Below are positions 30,611 to 39,585 of a DNA stretch of 64,000 nucleotides, one piece after another. Source of the stretch: Thermoflexus hugenholtzii JAD2. Its GTDB lineage: Bacteria; Chloroflexota; Dehalococcoidia; UBA2979. A program made the translations under genes and the position numbers. Location of the stretch: positions 128,303 to 192,302 of the forward strand of contig CAMDNW010000001.1 in the NCBI GenBank assembly GCA_945903275.1. Direction: 5' to 3'. The notes under the pieces are model-generated. The model ran no database searches and was not told where the DNA came from. It saw only the letters and a list, made by a program, of their open reading frames with translations. Each line of letters opens with the position of its first letter. Positions within the stretch are counted from its first letter, which is position 1.

Positions 30611-31975
30611 GTGCACATGACTACGCTTGACGAAGCCGCCATCGCCAATCTCGTGCGAGACGACCTCGCGCACCTGATCCACCCCCAGTACTACGCCCCC
30701 GATCACGAGTCGCCCGTCATCTTTGACCACGGCGAAGGCGTTTGGCTCACCGACGTCCGAGGCAAGCGCTACATCGATGGCCTCGCCTCGCTCTGGAACG
30801 TCGCCGTCGGCCACGGCCGCACCGAACTCGCCGAGGCCGCCGCGGAGCAGATGAAGAAGCTCGCCTTCGCGAACTCGTACACCGGCTTTTCGAACGTCCC
30901 CGCGATCCAGCTCGCCGCGAAGGTCGCTGATCTGGTCTATGAGGACCTCACTGGCGTCTTCTTCACCAACTCCGGTTCCGAGTCCAACGAGGGCGCGTTC
31001 AAGGCCGCCCGTTTCTACTGGAACCTGCGTGGCAAGCCCATGAAGACGCGCATCATCGCCCGCGAGCGCGCCTACCATGGCGGCACCCTCGCCACGACTG
31101 CGATGACCGGCCTCCCTGCCTTCTGGAAATATTTCGGCCCGTTTCTGCCCGAGGTCGTCCACACCCGCCGCCCCGACAACATCGAATGCGACTGCGCGCC
31201 GAACACCGACGGCGAGTGCGCACACTGGCTCGAAGCCGCCATTGAGCGCGAGGGAGCCGAAAACATCGCCGCCTTCATCGCCGAGCCGGTGAAGGGCGCG
31301 GGCGGGGTCTGGACGCCGGCCGACGACTATTTCGTCAAGATCCGCGAGATATGCGACCGCAACGAAGTGCTCTTCATCGCTGACGAGGTGATCACCGGCT
31401 TTGGCCGCACCGGAAAATGGTTCGCCCTCGAACGCTACGGCGTGCAGCCGGACATCCTCTCGATCGCGAAGGCGATCACCTCGGGCTATGTCCCGATGGG
31501 CGCGTTCATCGTGAGCGAGCAGATCATGAGTGCGCTCCAGCAACTCCCGAGCGACGCGCGCTTCATGCACGCCTATACCAACAGCGCGCACCCCACCGCT
31601 GCGGCCGTCGGCCTCCGCAATCTCCGCATCATCGAGGAAGAGCGTCTGGTCGAGAACGCCGCCACGATGGGCGACCGCCTCGGTGGTGGTCTGCGCCGCG
31701 CACTTGGCGGCCACGCGCACGTGACCAACATCCGCAACCTCGGCCTGATCGCCGGCTTCTCGCTGGTCAAGGATGCCGAGGCAGCCACCTCCTACGAGGT
31801 CTCGGAAGGCATCGGCCGTCAGGTCGCCCGCCACATGCGCGAGGAGGGCGGCGTCATCACGCGCTTCGTCGGAGACCAGATCGTGCTCGCCCCGCCTCTC
31901 GTGATCGCCACCGCCGAGGTCGACCAGATCGTCGGCGCGATCGAGGCCGCCGTGCGCTCGGTCACAGGGAACTGA
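30611..31975 (+). CDS. Class III (omega) aminotransferase, PLP-dependent
   Basis: WNVAVGHG, ADEVITGFGRTGKWFA (PLP Lys) motifs; 454 aa. Confidence 0.85.
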   Translation: MHMTTLDEAAIANLVRDDLAHLIHPQYYAPDHESPVIFDHGEGVWLTDVRGKRYIDGLASLWNVAVGHGRTELAEAAAEQMKKLAFANSYTGFSNVPAIQLAAKVADLVYEDLTGVFFTNSGSESNEGAFKAARFYWNLRGKPMKTRIIARERAYHGGTLATTAMTGLPAFWKYFGPFLPEVVHTRRPDNIECDCAPNTDGECAHWLEAAIEREGAENIAAFIAEPVKGAGGVWTPADDYFVKIREICDRNEVLFIADEVITGFGRTGKWFALERYGVQPDILSIAKAITSGYVPMGAFIVSEQIMSALQQLPSDARFMHAYTNSAHPTAAAVGLRNLRIIEEERLVENAATMGDRLGGGLRRALGGHAHVTNIRNLGLIAGFSLVKDAEAATSYEVSEGIGRQVARHMREEGGVITRFVGDQIVLAPPLVIATAEVDQIVGAIEAAVRSVTGN

Positions 31976-32042
31976 TCACGTTGCATAGTGGATTGACGAC
32001 ACTCCCTGCGGTTCGTTATTTTGGATACCAAGAAGGGAGGTG

Positions 32043-32093
32043 ATGCCACAGTGTTATCTGACTCTGGTCATCAAGTTACGGGCTCGGCCCTAG
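32043..32093 (+). CDS. Candidate 16-aa micro-ORF (MPQCYLTLVIKLRARP) with strong SD, in an orphan promoter-terminator unit
   Basis: AAGAAGGGAGGTG SD 5 nt before the ATG. Upstream TTGACG-17-TTATTT promoter-like elements (31993-32021). Downstream intrinsic terminator. Locally low GC. Confidence 0.3.
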   Translation: MPQCYLTLVIKLRARP

Positions 32094-32142
32094 GCGTCTC
32101 TACGGAGGTGCAATCGGGCTGAGCCCGTTGCGAAGTGACTTT

Positions 32143-32181
32143 GAAGAAGCCCCGGTGCATGCCGGGGCTTCTTCTTTTCTT
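32143..32181 (+). terminator. Rho-independent terminator
   Basis: gaagaagccccgg-tgcatg-ccggggcttcttc followed by ttttctt. Confidence 0.8.
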
Positions 32182-32309
32182 GTCGCGCGGCTACCGCTTC
32201 TTCACACGCCATTCACACCGGCGCGCTTGCGCCAGCGCCACAGTTCCCACACCGTGGTTTTCACTCCTGCGCGCCAACCAGAGTCATCCTCAGCAGTCGT
32301 ACCATTGAG

Positions 32310-33086
32310 GTGACGAGCGTGGCGTTCGACTTTGATACCTATCACCGCTTTCGCACCTCCCGTGATATCGCCGCTGAGGTGATTTATAGCGACGAGACCG
32401 TCTCGACGATGGACGACGCCCGCAAAGGCGCAGCCGAGGGCGGCATCCCCGGCACGGCCTATGTGGCCGGTGCCCAGACCGGCGGCCGAGGCCGTATGGG
32501 GCACACCTGGGCCTCGGAGGGCGCGGGCCTCTACGTTACCTTCCACCTTATCGCGCGCGACGCCATCACCGCGCCGCTCTTCTCGGTCGCTGGGTCGCTC
32601 GCCGTCGCCGATGCAGTCCGCGAAACCTCGCGTATCGTCCCCGATCTCAAGTGGCCCAACGACGTGCTCCACGGCGGCCGCAAACTCTCCGGCATACTGG
32701 CCGAGTCGGTGCTCGGTAGCCGTGTCGATGTCTTCCTCGGCATCGGCATCAACGTCCGCGCTGGCGCCTACCCGCCTGAACTCGCCGGGATCGCTACGAG
32801 CATCGAGGAGGCCGGTGCGCCACCGCCACCCAACGAGGAACTGCTCGCCGCGCTCGCCGCTGCCCTCGAACGCCATACCGCACAACTCGCGCGCTCACCC
32901 GCCGTCGTCGTCGCAGAGTGGCGCAGGAGGCTCACCACGCTCGGCCGCCACGTCCGCCTCGCCGCCGTCGACGGCAAAGTCTTCGAGGGCGTCGCCATCG
33001 ATGTCTCCTCGCGCGGCGAGATCGTACTGCGCCATGACGACGGCACCGAACAGTCCTTTGCCGCCGGCGACGTCACGACGGCTTGA
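32310..33086 (+). CDS. birA: Biotin--[acetyl-CoA-carboxylase] ligase (class I, no HTH)
   Basis: GQTGGRGRMGHTW...KWPNDVL..GRKLSGILAE motifs; 258 aa; GTG start. Confidence 0.85.
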   Translation: MTSVAFDFDTYHRFRTSRDIAAEVIYSDETVSTMDDARKGAAEGGIPGTAYVAGAQTGGRGRMGHTWASEGAGLYVTFHLIARDAITAPLFSVAGSLAVADAVRETSRIVPDLKWPNDVLHGGRKLSGILAESVLGSRVDVFLGIGINVRAGAYPPELAGIATSIEEAGAPPPPNEELLAALAAALERHTAQLARSPAVVVAEWRRRLTTLGRHVRLAAVDGKVFEGVAIDVSSRGEIVLRHDDGTEQSFAAGDVTTA

Positions 33087-33111
33087 CCTCGCCGCATGCG
33101 CCTTCTAGCCT
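33083..33111 (+). promoter_or_regulatory. Putative sigma70-like promoter (TTGACC-17-TAGCCT) overlapping the birA stop, for a leaderless his leader
   Basis: -35 33083-33088, -10 33106-33111; predicted TSS 2-3 nt before leader ATG 33121. Confidence 0.3.
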
Positions 33112-33120
33112 CGAAACACA

Positions 33121-33213
33121 ATGAGCGAGCGAGCCATTTTCAGCGATACCCGTCACCATATGCACGCACGTGCGCGGCATCTCATGCCGTCGTGGATGGG
33201 CCTGCACCGCTAG
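33121..33213 (+). CDS. Candidate his-operon leader peptide (30 aa, 6 His codons including the HHMH cluster)
   Basis: MSERAIFSDTRHHMHARARHLMPSWMGLHR. No SD, so leaderless. Followed 26 nt later by an intrinsic terminator immediately upstream of hisZ. Confidence 0.35.
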   Translation: MSERAIFSDTRHHMHARARHLMPSWMGLHR

Positions 33214-33238
33214 ACCGCCGTTCTAGACTGCATGACTC

Positions 33239-33267
33239 GCCGCGGTGGCCTGCCCCGCGGCTTTTTT
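33239..33267 (+). terminator. Intrinsic terminator / attenuator hairpin upstream of hisZ
   Basis: gccgcgg-N9-ccgcggc followed by TTTTTTGT; 57 nt before the hisZ ATG. Confidence 0.65.
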
Positions 33268-33323
33268 GTGCCTCGCGAGGCCGTCCCGGCAGCGAGGCGG
33301 CGCACACGGAAAGGGAGCCTACA

Positions 33324-34328
33324 ATGGCCTCCACAGCAGAAAAGGACGAGTCGATGCTCGACGGTGGGCTGCGCAGCCGAGGCATGCACGACCTAGGGCC
33401 GCAGGCCATGCGTGGCTTCCGCGCGGTCGAGCGCACCTTCCTCGATACCGTCGCGTCGCGCGGCTATCAGGAGATCCGCACTCCCGCCATCGAGCCGCTG
33501 CACCTCTTCACCGCCACCGGCGCGCTCTCGCCGCAACTCCTCGACCGTGTCTACTCGTTCCTTGACTGGGACGGCTGGAGCGGGGAGCGCGTCGTGCTCC
33601 GCCCGGACGCCACCGTCCCGGCTGCCCGCTGGTACGACCAGCGCTGGCAAGACCCGTCTGAGGCCGCCCGCCTCTGCTACGTACAGCCTGTTTACTGCTT
33701 CGTCCCAGATGACGGTGAGCGCGAAGTCTGGCAGTGCGGGGTGGAACTGTTCGGCCTCGCATCGCCCGAGGCGGACGCCGAGTTACTGTTGCTCGCGTGC
33801 GACTTTCTCGCAGCCCTCGGCCTGCGCGATGTCCGCTTCGAACTCGCGCATGTCGGTCTTGTCCGCGCCACCCTCGCCGCCGCTGGCCTCGACCCCGCGC
33901 AGCAGGCCGAGGCATACGACCGCCTCCTCGCCGGCGACGCCACGACCGCTATCGCGAACGCGAATCCCGAGGTCGCCTCGGCGTTGCAATTACTCACCAC
34001 TGTCGATGGCGGCGGCGCGTACGTCGAGAACCTGCGAGGCGCGCTTGCCGCTGCCGTCCCCGAGGCGAGCACAGGTCTCGATGAACTCGCTGCTGCGGCG
34101 CGTGCGTTGGACGCCGCGGGCATCGCGTACCGCGTGCTCCCCGGCACCGCACGCAACTTCGAGTACTACACCGGCCTCACCTTCCGCGTGCTGGTCGGTG
34201 ACACAGAATGCATCAGTGGCGGCCGCTATGATGGCCTCGGCGAGATGCTTGGCGGGCGCGCCGTGCCCGCATCAGGCTTCGGCGCAGGTCTACTGCGTCT
34301 CATGAATCTCGTGGGCGGTGCGCGATGA
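33324..34328 (+). CDS. hisZ: ATP phosphoribosyltransferase regulatory subunit (HisRS paralog)
   Basis: HisRS class II catalytic-core-like (GYQEIRTPAIEP..LF); no anticodon-binding domain; AAGGGAG SD before ATG 33324; overlaps hisG start. Confidence 0.85.
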   Translation: MASTAEKDESMLDGGLRSRGMHDLGPQAMRGFRAVERTFLDTVASRGYQEIRTPAIEPLHLFTATGALSPQLLDRVYSFLDWDGWSGERVVLRPDATVPAARWYDQRWQDPSEAARLCYVQPVYCFVPDDGEREVWQCGVELFGLASPEADAELLLLACDFLAALGLRDVRFELAHVGLVRATLAAAGLDPAQQAEAYDRLLAGDATTAIANANPEVASALQLLTTVDGGGAYVENLRGALAAAVPEASTGLDELAAAARALDAAGIAYRVLPGTARNFEYYTGLTFRVLVGDTECISGGRYDGLGEMLGGRAVPASGFGAGLLRLMNLVGGAR

Positions 34329-35734
34329 GCGATCCTATCCGCGTCGCGCTACCTCGCGGTGACCTCCGCGCGCCGCTAGCCGAGCGGCTGCTCGCCGCCG
34401 GCTTCGTCGCTGAGGGCTACGCCGAAGGCTCGCGCTCATACCGCTTCGCCGTCACCGGTCGCCCCGAGGTGCTCGTCCGCGTCTTCTCGGAGCGTGACAT
34501 CCCGATTCAGGTGGCGCTCGGTCAGTACGACCTCGGCATTACCAGCTGCGTCTGGGTCGACGAACTGCTCGTCCGATATGCGCATGACTCGATCGTCCCG
34601 CTGCGTGCGCTTGACCTCGGTGCGGAGCGCATCGTGGCCGCCGCTGTGCCCGGTTCCGACCTGTCGAGGCTTGCCTCGGGTGTGATGCGCGTGACCACCG
34701 AACTGCCGCACCTCGCGACGCGCTGGCTCAACCGCCTGCGCATTCCGTCGTACCGCGTGATCGAGGTCTGGGGTGAGGCTGAGGCCTGGCCGCCGGACGA
34801 TGCTGATCTCGCGGTGCTGCCTGCTGCTGCCGCGGTCGCCGAGGGCCTTGAAATCCTTGCCACCGTGCACACCGGCTCCGCGCTGCTGATCGGCAACCAC
34901 CGCGCGCTCGCCGAGCGTGACCTCCGCGCAGCGCTCGAACCGCTGTTGTCACTGCCCGCCGGCCCGCTCACCGCCGGCCCTGAGTCCCCTCGCCCGCTCG
35001 ATGTGCCTCGAGGCGTCCGCCGCGAGACTGTCACGACACGTACCTCGCTCCGCCTCGCCGTCCCCGACGGGCACGCGCAGCGCCACACCGCCGCAGCGCT
35101 TGCCGATGCGGGTATTAGCCTAGATGGCTATGACGCGACCAACGCCGTCCGTCGCCCCCGCGCCAACCTCGATGGCGTCGAGGTGAAAGTGCTGCGCCCG
35201 CAGGACATGCCCGCCGCCGTTGCCGCGGGCGCGTTCGACCTCGCGCTGACCGGGCGCGACTGGCTCGCCGCGCACCTCGCCGCGTTCCCGTCATCGCCGG
35301 TCGTCGAACTCGCCGACCTCAAGCGCAGCCGTTACTCGCTTGGCGCGGTCGTCCCCGACGCGCTGCCTGCTGAGACTATCGAGGAGGCGATTGCTTACTG
35401 GCGGCGTGACGACCCGAACTTCGCCATCCGCGTCGCCTCCGAGTACGTCTCGCTCGCCGACCACTACGCGCGCGCGCGCCGTCTCGGTCGCTACCGCGTG
35501 ATCCCCATCGGCGGCGCGTCCGAAGGCTTTCTCCCCGACGATGCCGAGATATTGGTCGAAGGTTCAGAGACCGGCACCACGCTACGCGCGAACCAACTGC
35601 ACATGATCGACGTGATTATGGAGTCTACCAACTGCGCCATCGGCAACGCCGTGCGGCCCACTGGCGCGCGCGGCACGCTGCGTGACGACCTAGTATCTAG
35701 GCTGCAACGCGCTGCCGAAATGGTGCCTGCCTGA
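34325..35734 (+). CDS. hisG: ATP phosphoribosyltransferase, tandem fusion of two short-form HisG modules (469 aa)
   Basis: Module 1 (res ~5-215) and module 2 (~240-460) each carry the HisG pattern (N-terminal IRVALPRGDL / LRLAVPDGHA; the R..D.P..V..G..DLG..G.D pattern). Only module 2 retains the canonical PRPP loop EGSETGTTLRANQL (module 1 has ATVHTGSALLIGNH). Confidence 0.8.
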   Translation: MSDPIRVALPRGDLRAPLAERLLAAGFVAEGYAEGSRSYRFAVTGRPEVLVRVFSERDIPIQVALGQYDLGITSCVWVDELLVRYAHDSIVPLRALDLGAERIVAAAVPGSDLSRLASGVMRVTTELPHLATRWLNRLRIPSYRVIEVWGEAEAWPPDDADLAVLPAAAAVAEGLEILATVHTGSALLIGNHRALAERDLRAALEPLLSLPAGPLTAGPESPRPLDVPRGVRRETVTTRTSLRLAVPDGHAQRHTAAALADAGISLDGYDATNAVRRPRANLDGVEVKVLRPQDMPAAVAAGAFDLALTGRDWLAAHLAAFPSSPVVELADLKRSRYSLGAVVPDALPAETIEEAIAYWRRDDPNFAIRVASEYVSLADHYARARRLGRYRVIPIGGASEGFLPDDAEILVEGSETGTTLRANQLHMIDVIMESTNCAIGNAVRPTGARGTLRDDLVSRLQRAAEMVPA

Positions 35735-36474
35735 TGCCCTCGCTCGCTTCGCACCTCGCAGGCGCGCGCATCGTCGCTGACCGTCTTGGCCACCGTGCCA
35801 TCGAGGCCAGCCGCGGCGTGTTCTACCTCGGCGCAACCGCACCCGACCTGCGCAGCATCGAGCGCATCCCGCGTGAGCAGACGCACTTCTACATCCTCGA
35901 TGAACTGGGCGAGCAGGATCCCGTAGCACGCCTGCTTCGGGCGCACCCGCGCCTCGCGGCCGTCGATGACCTCGACGTTGAGACGCGTGCGCTGATGGCG
36001 GGCTACATCACGCACCTGCTGATGGATCAGCGCTACATCGAACAGGTCTACCGCGCGTACTTTGGCGTCGCCTCGAAACTCGGCGGCGATGCGCGCGCCG
36101 ACCTGCTCGACCGCCTGCTCCAATACGAACTCGATCGCCGCGAACGCGAAGGTGAGGCGCTTGCCGCCGTGCACGCCGCGATGCAGGACACGAGTGGTGC
36201 GGTCGACCTCGGTTTCGTCGAGCGCGAGCAACTCGCGCGCTGGCGCGATGTGGCCATCCAGATGGCTTCGCACCCACCGTCATGGGATCGCTGGGCGCGC
36301 ACCGCGCAGCGACACGTCCCCGGCGAGACTACCGAGGATACCGATTCGTTACTGCGCGACGTGCCGGATCTGCTGCGTGAAGTGCTCGACCACGTCACCG
36401 AGGATCGCTTGCGGGCGTTCATGGACGAGTCCATCGAGGAAGCGACTGCGCGCGTAAAGGCTTACCTCGGATGA
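35734..36474 (+). CDS. Uncharacterised, largely alpha-helical His/Asp-rich protein (possible Zn-dependent PLC/S1-P1-like or HD-like metal hydrolase) embedded in the his operon
   Basis: 246 aa; start overlaps hisG stop (TGATG) and stop overlaps hisD start. Has H..H, GATAPD, THFY, GYITHLLMD His/Asp motifs. Family assignment is tentative. Confidence 0.55.
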   Translation: MPSLASHLAGARIVADRLGHRAIEASRGVFYLGATAPDLRSIERIPREQTHFYILDELGEQDPVARLLRAHPRLAAVDDLDVETRALMAGYITHLLMDQRYIEQVYRAYFGVASKLGGDARADLLDRLLQYELDRREREGEALAAVHAAMQDTSGAVDLGFVEREQLARWRDVAIQMASHPPSWDRWARTAQRHVPGETTEDTDSLLRDVPDLLREVLDHVTEDRLRAFMDESIEEATARVKAYLG

Positions 36475-37799
36475 CCGCTCTCCGCATCGTCATGGCTTCT
36501 GAGGCGCGCGCTACCGTACTCAGCCGCGCGCCGCTGCTCGACGCCCCGCTGCCCGAGGCGATTCGCGCCTCGATCCTCGGTACGTTCGGTGCGCCGCTGA
36601 CCGCTGCTGAGGTGGTCACGCGCATCATCGAGGATGTGCGCCGCGAGGGTGACGCCGCCGTGCGGCGCTACTCGCAGCGTTTCGACGGCTCCGCCGATGC
36701 ACCGATGGAGGTGATGTCCGAGGAGTTCGACGCCGCCGAGGTGGAGGTGCCCGAGGCGCTCGTGCGTGCGATCGAGTTCATGGCCGGCCGGGTGCGCACG
36801 TTCCACTCAATGCAGATCGATCACGCGCCGACCTCATTTCAGCGCGACGGCCTCGGGATGGTCGTGCGGCCGATTGGCCGCGCTGGTGTCTACATGACCG
36901 GCAATATCGCCGTGCTGCCCTCGTCGGTGGTGCACACTGCTGTCCCTGCCGTCGTCGCCGGTGTGCCCGAGGTGATCGGCGTCACTGCCGCACGCCCGGA
37001 CGGCTCCGTGCATCCGCTGAAACTCGTCGCCGCGCGCCGTGCTGGTGTGCAGCGCGTCTTCCGTGCCTCGGGCGCGCAGGCGCTCGCCGCGCTTGCCTTC
37101 GGTACGGAGACTATCCCGCGCGTCGACAAGATCTTCGGCCCCGGCAACCTGTTCGTGACGCTTGCCAAGCAGCAGCTCTACGGCCAAGTTGGTATTGATG
37201 CGCTCTACGGACCGACGGAGACCGTCGTGCTCGCTGACGACTCCGCCGCGCCCGACCTTTGCGCCGCCGATCTGCTCGCGCAGGCTGAGCACGATGTGCT
37301 CGCACGCCCCGTGCTGATCACCACCTCCGAGGCACATGCCCGCGCCGTCGCCGAGGCAGTCGAGGCGCAACTCGCCACTCTGGAGCGCGGCGCGATCGCT
37401 CGTGCCGCCATCGAACGCGGTGGTGCCGTCGTCGCCGCGGACATCGACGAGGCGCTCGCGCTCGCGAACGAGTTCGCCCCGGAGCACCTCTGCCTGCTCA
37501 CGCGTGACGCTGCCTCGCTCGTTCCGCGCATCCAGAACGCTGGCGGCATCTTCGTCGGTGACGACTCACCCGAGGTGCTCGGCGACTACGTCGCTGGCCC
37601 CAGCCACGTCATGCCCACCGGCGGCTCAGCTCGATTTGCTTCGCCGCTCTCCGTGATGGACTTCCTGAAGGTGACCTCGACGATTGCACTCACAGCCGAT
37701 GACTTGCGTACCATCGGCCCCGCCGCCGCTATGCTTGCGCGTGCTGAGGGCCTGACCGCCCACGCCCGCTCCATTGAGCTGCGTCTGGAGGGCCACTGA
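36471..37799 (+). CDS. hisD: Histidinol dehydrogenase
   Basis: 442 aa; HisD family motifs incl. AQAEHD and GPGN. Confidence 0.9.
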   Translation: MTALRIVMASEARATVLSRAPLLDAPLPEAIRASILGTFGAPLTAAEVVTRIIEDVRREGDAAVRRYSQRFDGSADAPMEVMSEEFDAAEVEVPEALVRAIEFMAGRVRTFHSMQIDHAPTSFQRDGLGMVVRPIGRAGVYMTGNIAVLPSSVVHTAVPAVVAGVPEVIGVTAARPDGSVHPLKLVAARRAGVQRVFRASGAQALAALAFGTETIPRVDKIFGPGNLFVTLAKQQLYGQVGIDALYGPTETVVLADDSAAPDLCAADLLAQAEHDVLARPVLITTSEAHARAVAEAVEAQLATLERGAIARAAIERGGAVVAADIDEALALANEFAPEHLCLLTRDAASLVPRIQNAGGIFVGDDSPEVLGDYVAGPSHVMPTGGSARFASPLSVMDFLKVTSTIALTADDLRTIGPAAAMLARAEGLTAHARSIELRLEGH

Positions 37800-38980
37800 T
37801 GCCGCCACGCTTTGACCCTGAGCGCGGAGTGCGCGCTTCGCTGCGCGGATTGCAGCCCTACACCCCGGTCGAGCCGCCCGAGGCGATGGCCGCGAGCTAC
37901 GGCGTGCCCCTCGACCGCCTCGTGAAACTCGATGCCAACGAGAATCCGTACGGCCCGTCGCCGCGGGCCCGTGCCGCGTTGGCCTTGGACTACGGTGCGC
38001 ACCGCTATCCCGACCCCGACCAGCGCCGTCTCCGCGATGCGCTGGCAAGGCGGCACAATGTCTCGCCTGAGACGATTGTCGCCGGGGCCGGTTCCGATGA
38101 GATCATCGACCTGCTCTTCCGCACCTATGTGGAAGAAGGCGACCGCATTGTCATCGCCTCGCCCACCTTCGGTATGTACGCCTTCGATGCTGGCCTCCAC
38201 GGTGCAACCGTCGTCGATGTCCCGCTGCACGACGACTGGAGCCTCGATGCTGATGCGTTGCTGGCCGAGGCCGCTCGCGTAAAAGCGGTCTTTATTCCGT
38301 CGCCCAATAATCCGACTGGACGCACGCTCCCGCGCGACCTCGCTGACGCGCTGCTCGCTTCTGGCGCGCTCCTCGTCCTCGACGAGGCATACATCGAGTT
38401 CTCGCACGCCGAATCGCTCGTCGCGCGCGCGGCGGCGGGCGATCCGTTGGTCGTGCTGCGCACCTTCAGCAAGTGGGCAGGCCTCGCCGGCCTGCGTGTC
38501 GGCTACGGCGTGATGCCGCAGGCCGTAGCGCACACGCTGATGCAGGTGAAGCAGCCCTACAGCGTCAGCGTTGCTGCCGAAGTCGCCGCGCTCGCCTCGC
38601 TCGAAGACGCGGCGCTTCTCGATGAGCGCGCCTGCGCGATCACTGGCGAGCGCGACCGCATGGCCGACGCGATGCGTGCCACCGGCTGGCTCGACCCCGC
38701 GCCGTCCGAGGCTAACTTCCTCCTTGTCCGCATGCAGTCTCCGCTCGTCCGGAGCCTGTCGAAGGGTGCTGCCGAAGGCGATACGGAGACTGCCTCTGAT
38801 GCTGTCGTGATGCGCGAAGCGCTCCGCCGCCGCGGCGTCTTCGTGCGCGTCTTCGACCATCCGCGCCTGCGCCATCACCTGCGTATCTCCACAGGCACCT
38901 CCGAGGACACCGATCGCGTCCTCGCAGCGTTCATCGAGGCCGGCGAGGAAATACAAGTACGAAACGAGGCTGCACGATGA
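37799..38980 (+). CDS. hisC: Histidinol-phosphate aminotransferase
   Basis: LDANENPYGPSP motif; PLP-Lys region TFSKWAGLAGLRVGY. Confidence 0.9.
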   Translation: MPPRFDPERGVRASLRGLQPYTPVEPPEAMAASYGVPLDRLVKLDANENPYGPSPRARAALALDYGAHRYPDPDQRRLRDALARRHNVSPETIVAGAGSDEIIDLLFRTYVEEGDRIVIASPTFGMYAFDAGLHGATVVDVPLHDDWSLDADALLAEAARVKAVFIPSPNNPTGRTLPRDLADALLASGALLVLDEAYIEFSHAESLVARAAAGDPLVVLRTFSKWAGLAGLRVGYGVMPQAVAHTLMQVKQPYSVSVAAEVAALASLEDAALLDERACAITGERDRMADAMRATGWLDPAPSEANFLLVRMQSPLVRSLSKGAAEGDTETASDAVVMREALRRRGVFVRVFDHPRLRHHLRISTGTSEDTDRVLAAFIEAGEEIQVRNEAAR

Positions 38981-39585
38981 CTGGATTGATGAGTCGCCGC
39001 GCCACGATCGCGCGTGACACCGCCGAGACGAAGATTCGCGTCGAACTGAACGTCGACGGCACAGGCCGCGCCGACGTGCAGACCGGCATCGGCTTCTACG
39101 ACCACATGCTGACCGCCTTCGCGCGTCATGGCCGTTTCGACCTCACGTTGTCCTGCACCGGCGATCTGCACATCGATGCGCACCACACGATGGAGGACTG
39201 CGCCATCGCGCTCGGCGCGGCCTTCGACGCCGCCCTCGGCGACCGTGCCGGCATCGTCCGTATGGGCGACGCGCTCGTCCCGCTCGACGAGGCGCTCGTG
39301 CAGGCGGTCGTCGACATCTCCGGTCGTCCCTTCGCGGCGGTCAGCCTCGACTTTGTCGGCGAGCAGATCGGCGAGGCGCCCTCGCAGATGTTCGCGCACG
39401 TCCTCCAGTCATTCTCCGTCGGCGCGAAACTCACCCTGCACGTCCGCCAACTGGCTGGCGCCAACGACCACCACATCGCGGAAGCCACGATGAAGGCCCT
39501 GGGCCGCGCGATGGACGTCGCCACGCGCCTTGACGGACGGATCGCGGGCGAGGTACCGAGCACGAAGGGCACGCTGACGGCATAG
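38977..39585 (+). CDS. hisB: Imidazoleglycerol-phosphate dehydratase
   Basis: IGFYDHML...HIDAHHTMEDCAIALG Mn-binding His motifs. Confidence 0.9.
   Translation: MTGLMSRRATIARDTAETKIRVELNVDGTGRADVQTGIGFYDHMLTAFARHGRFDLTLSCTGDLHIDAHHTMEDCAIALGAAFDAALGDRAGIVRMGDALVPLDEALVQAVVDISGRPFAAVSLDFVGEQIGEAPSQMFAHVLQSFSVGAKLTLHVRQLAGANDHHIAEATMKALGRAMDVATRLDGRIAGEVPSTKGTLTA

Noticed and set aside
33096-33323. Long N-terminal extension of hisZ in the ORF track (start 33096)
   Set aside because: The extension is Arg/Pro-rich with no similarity. A good SD (AAGGGAG) precedes ATG 33324, which matches the usual HisZ N-terminus. The extension also spans the terminator hairpin.
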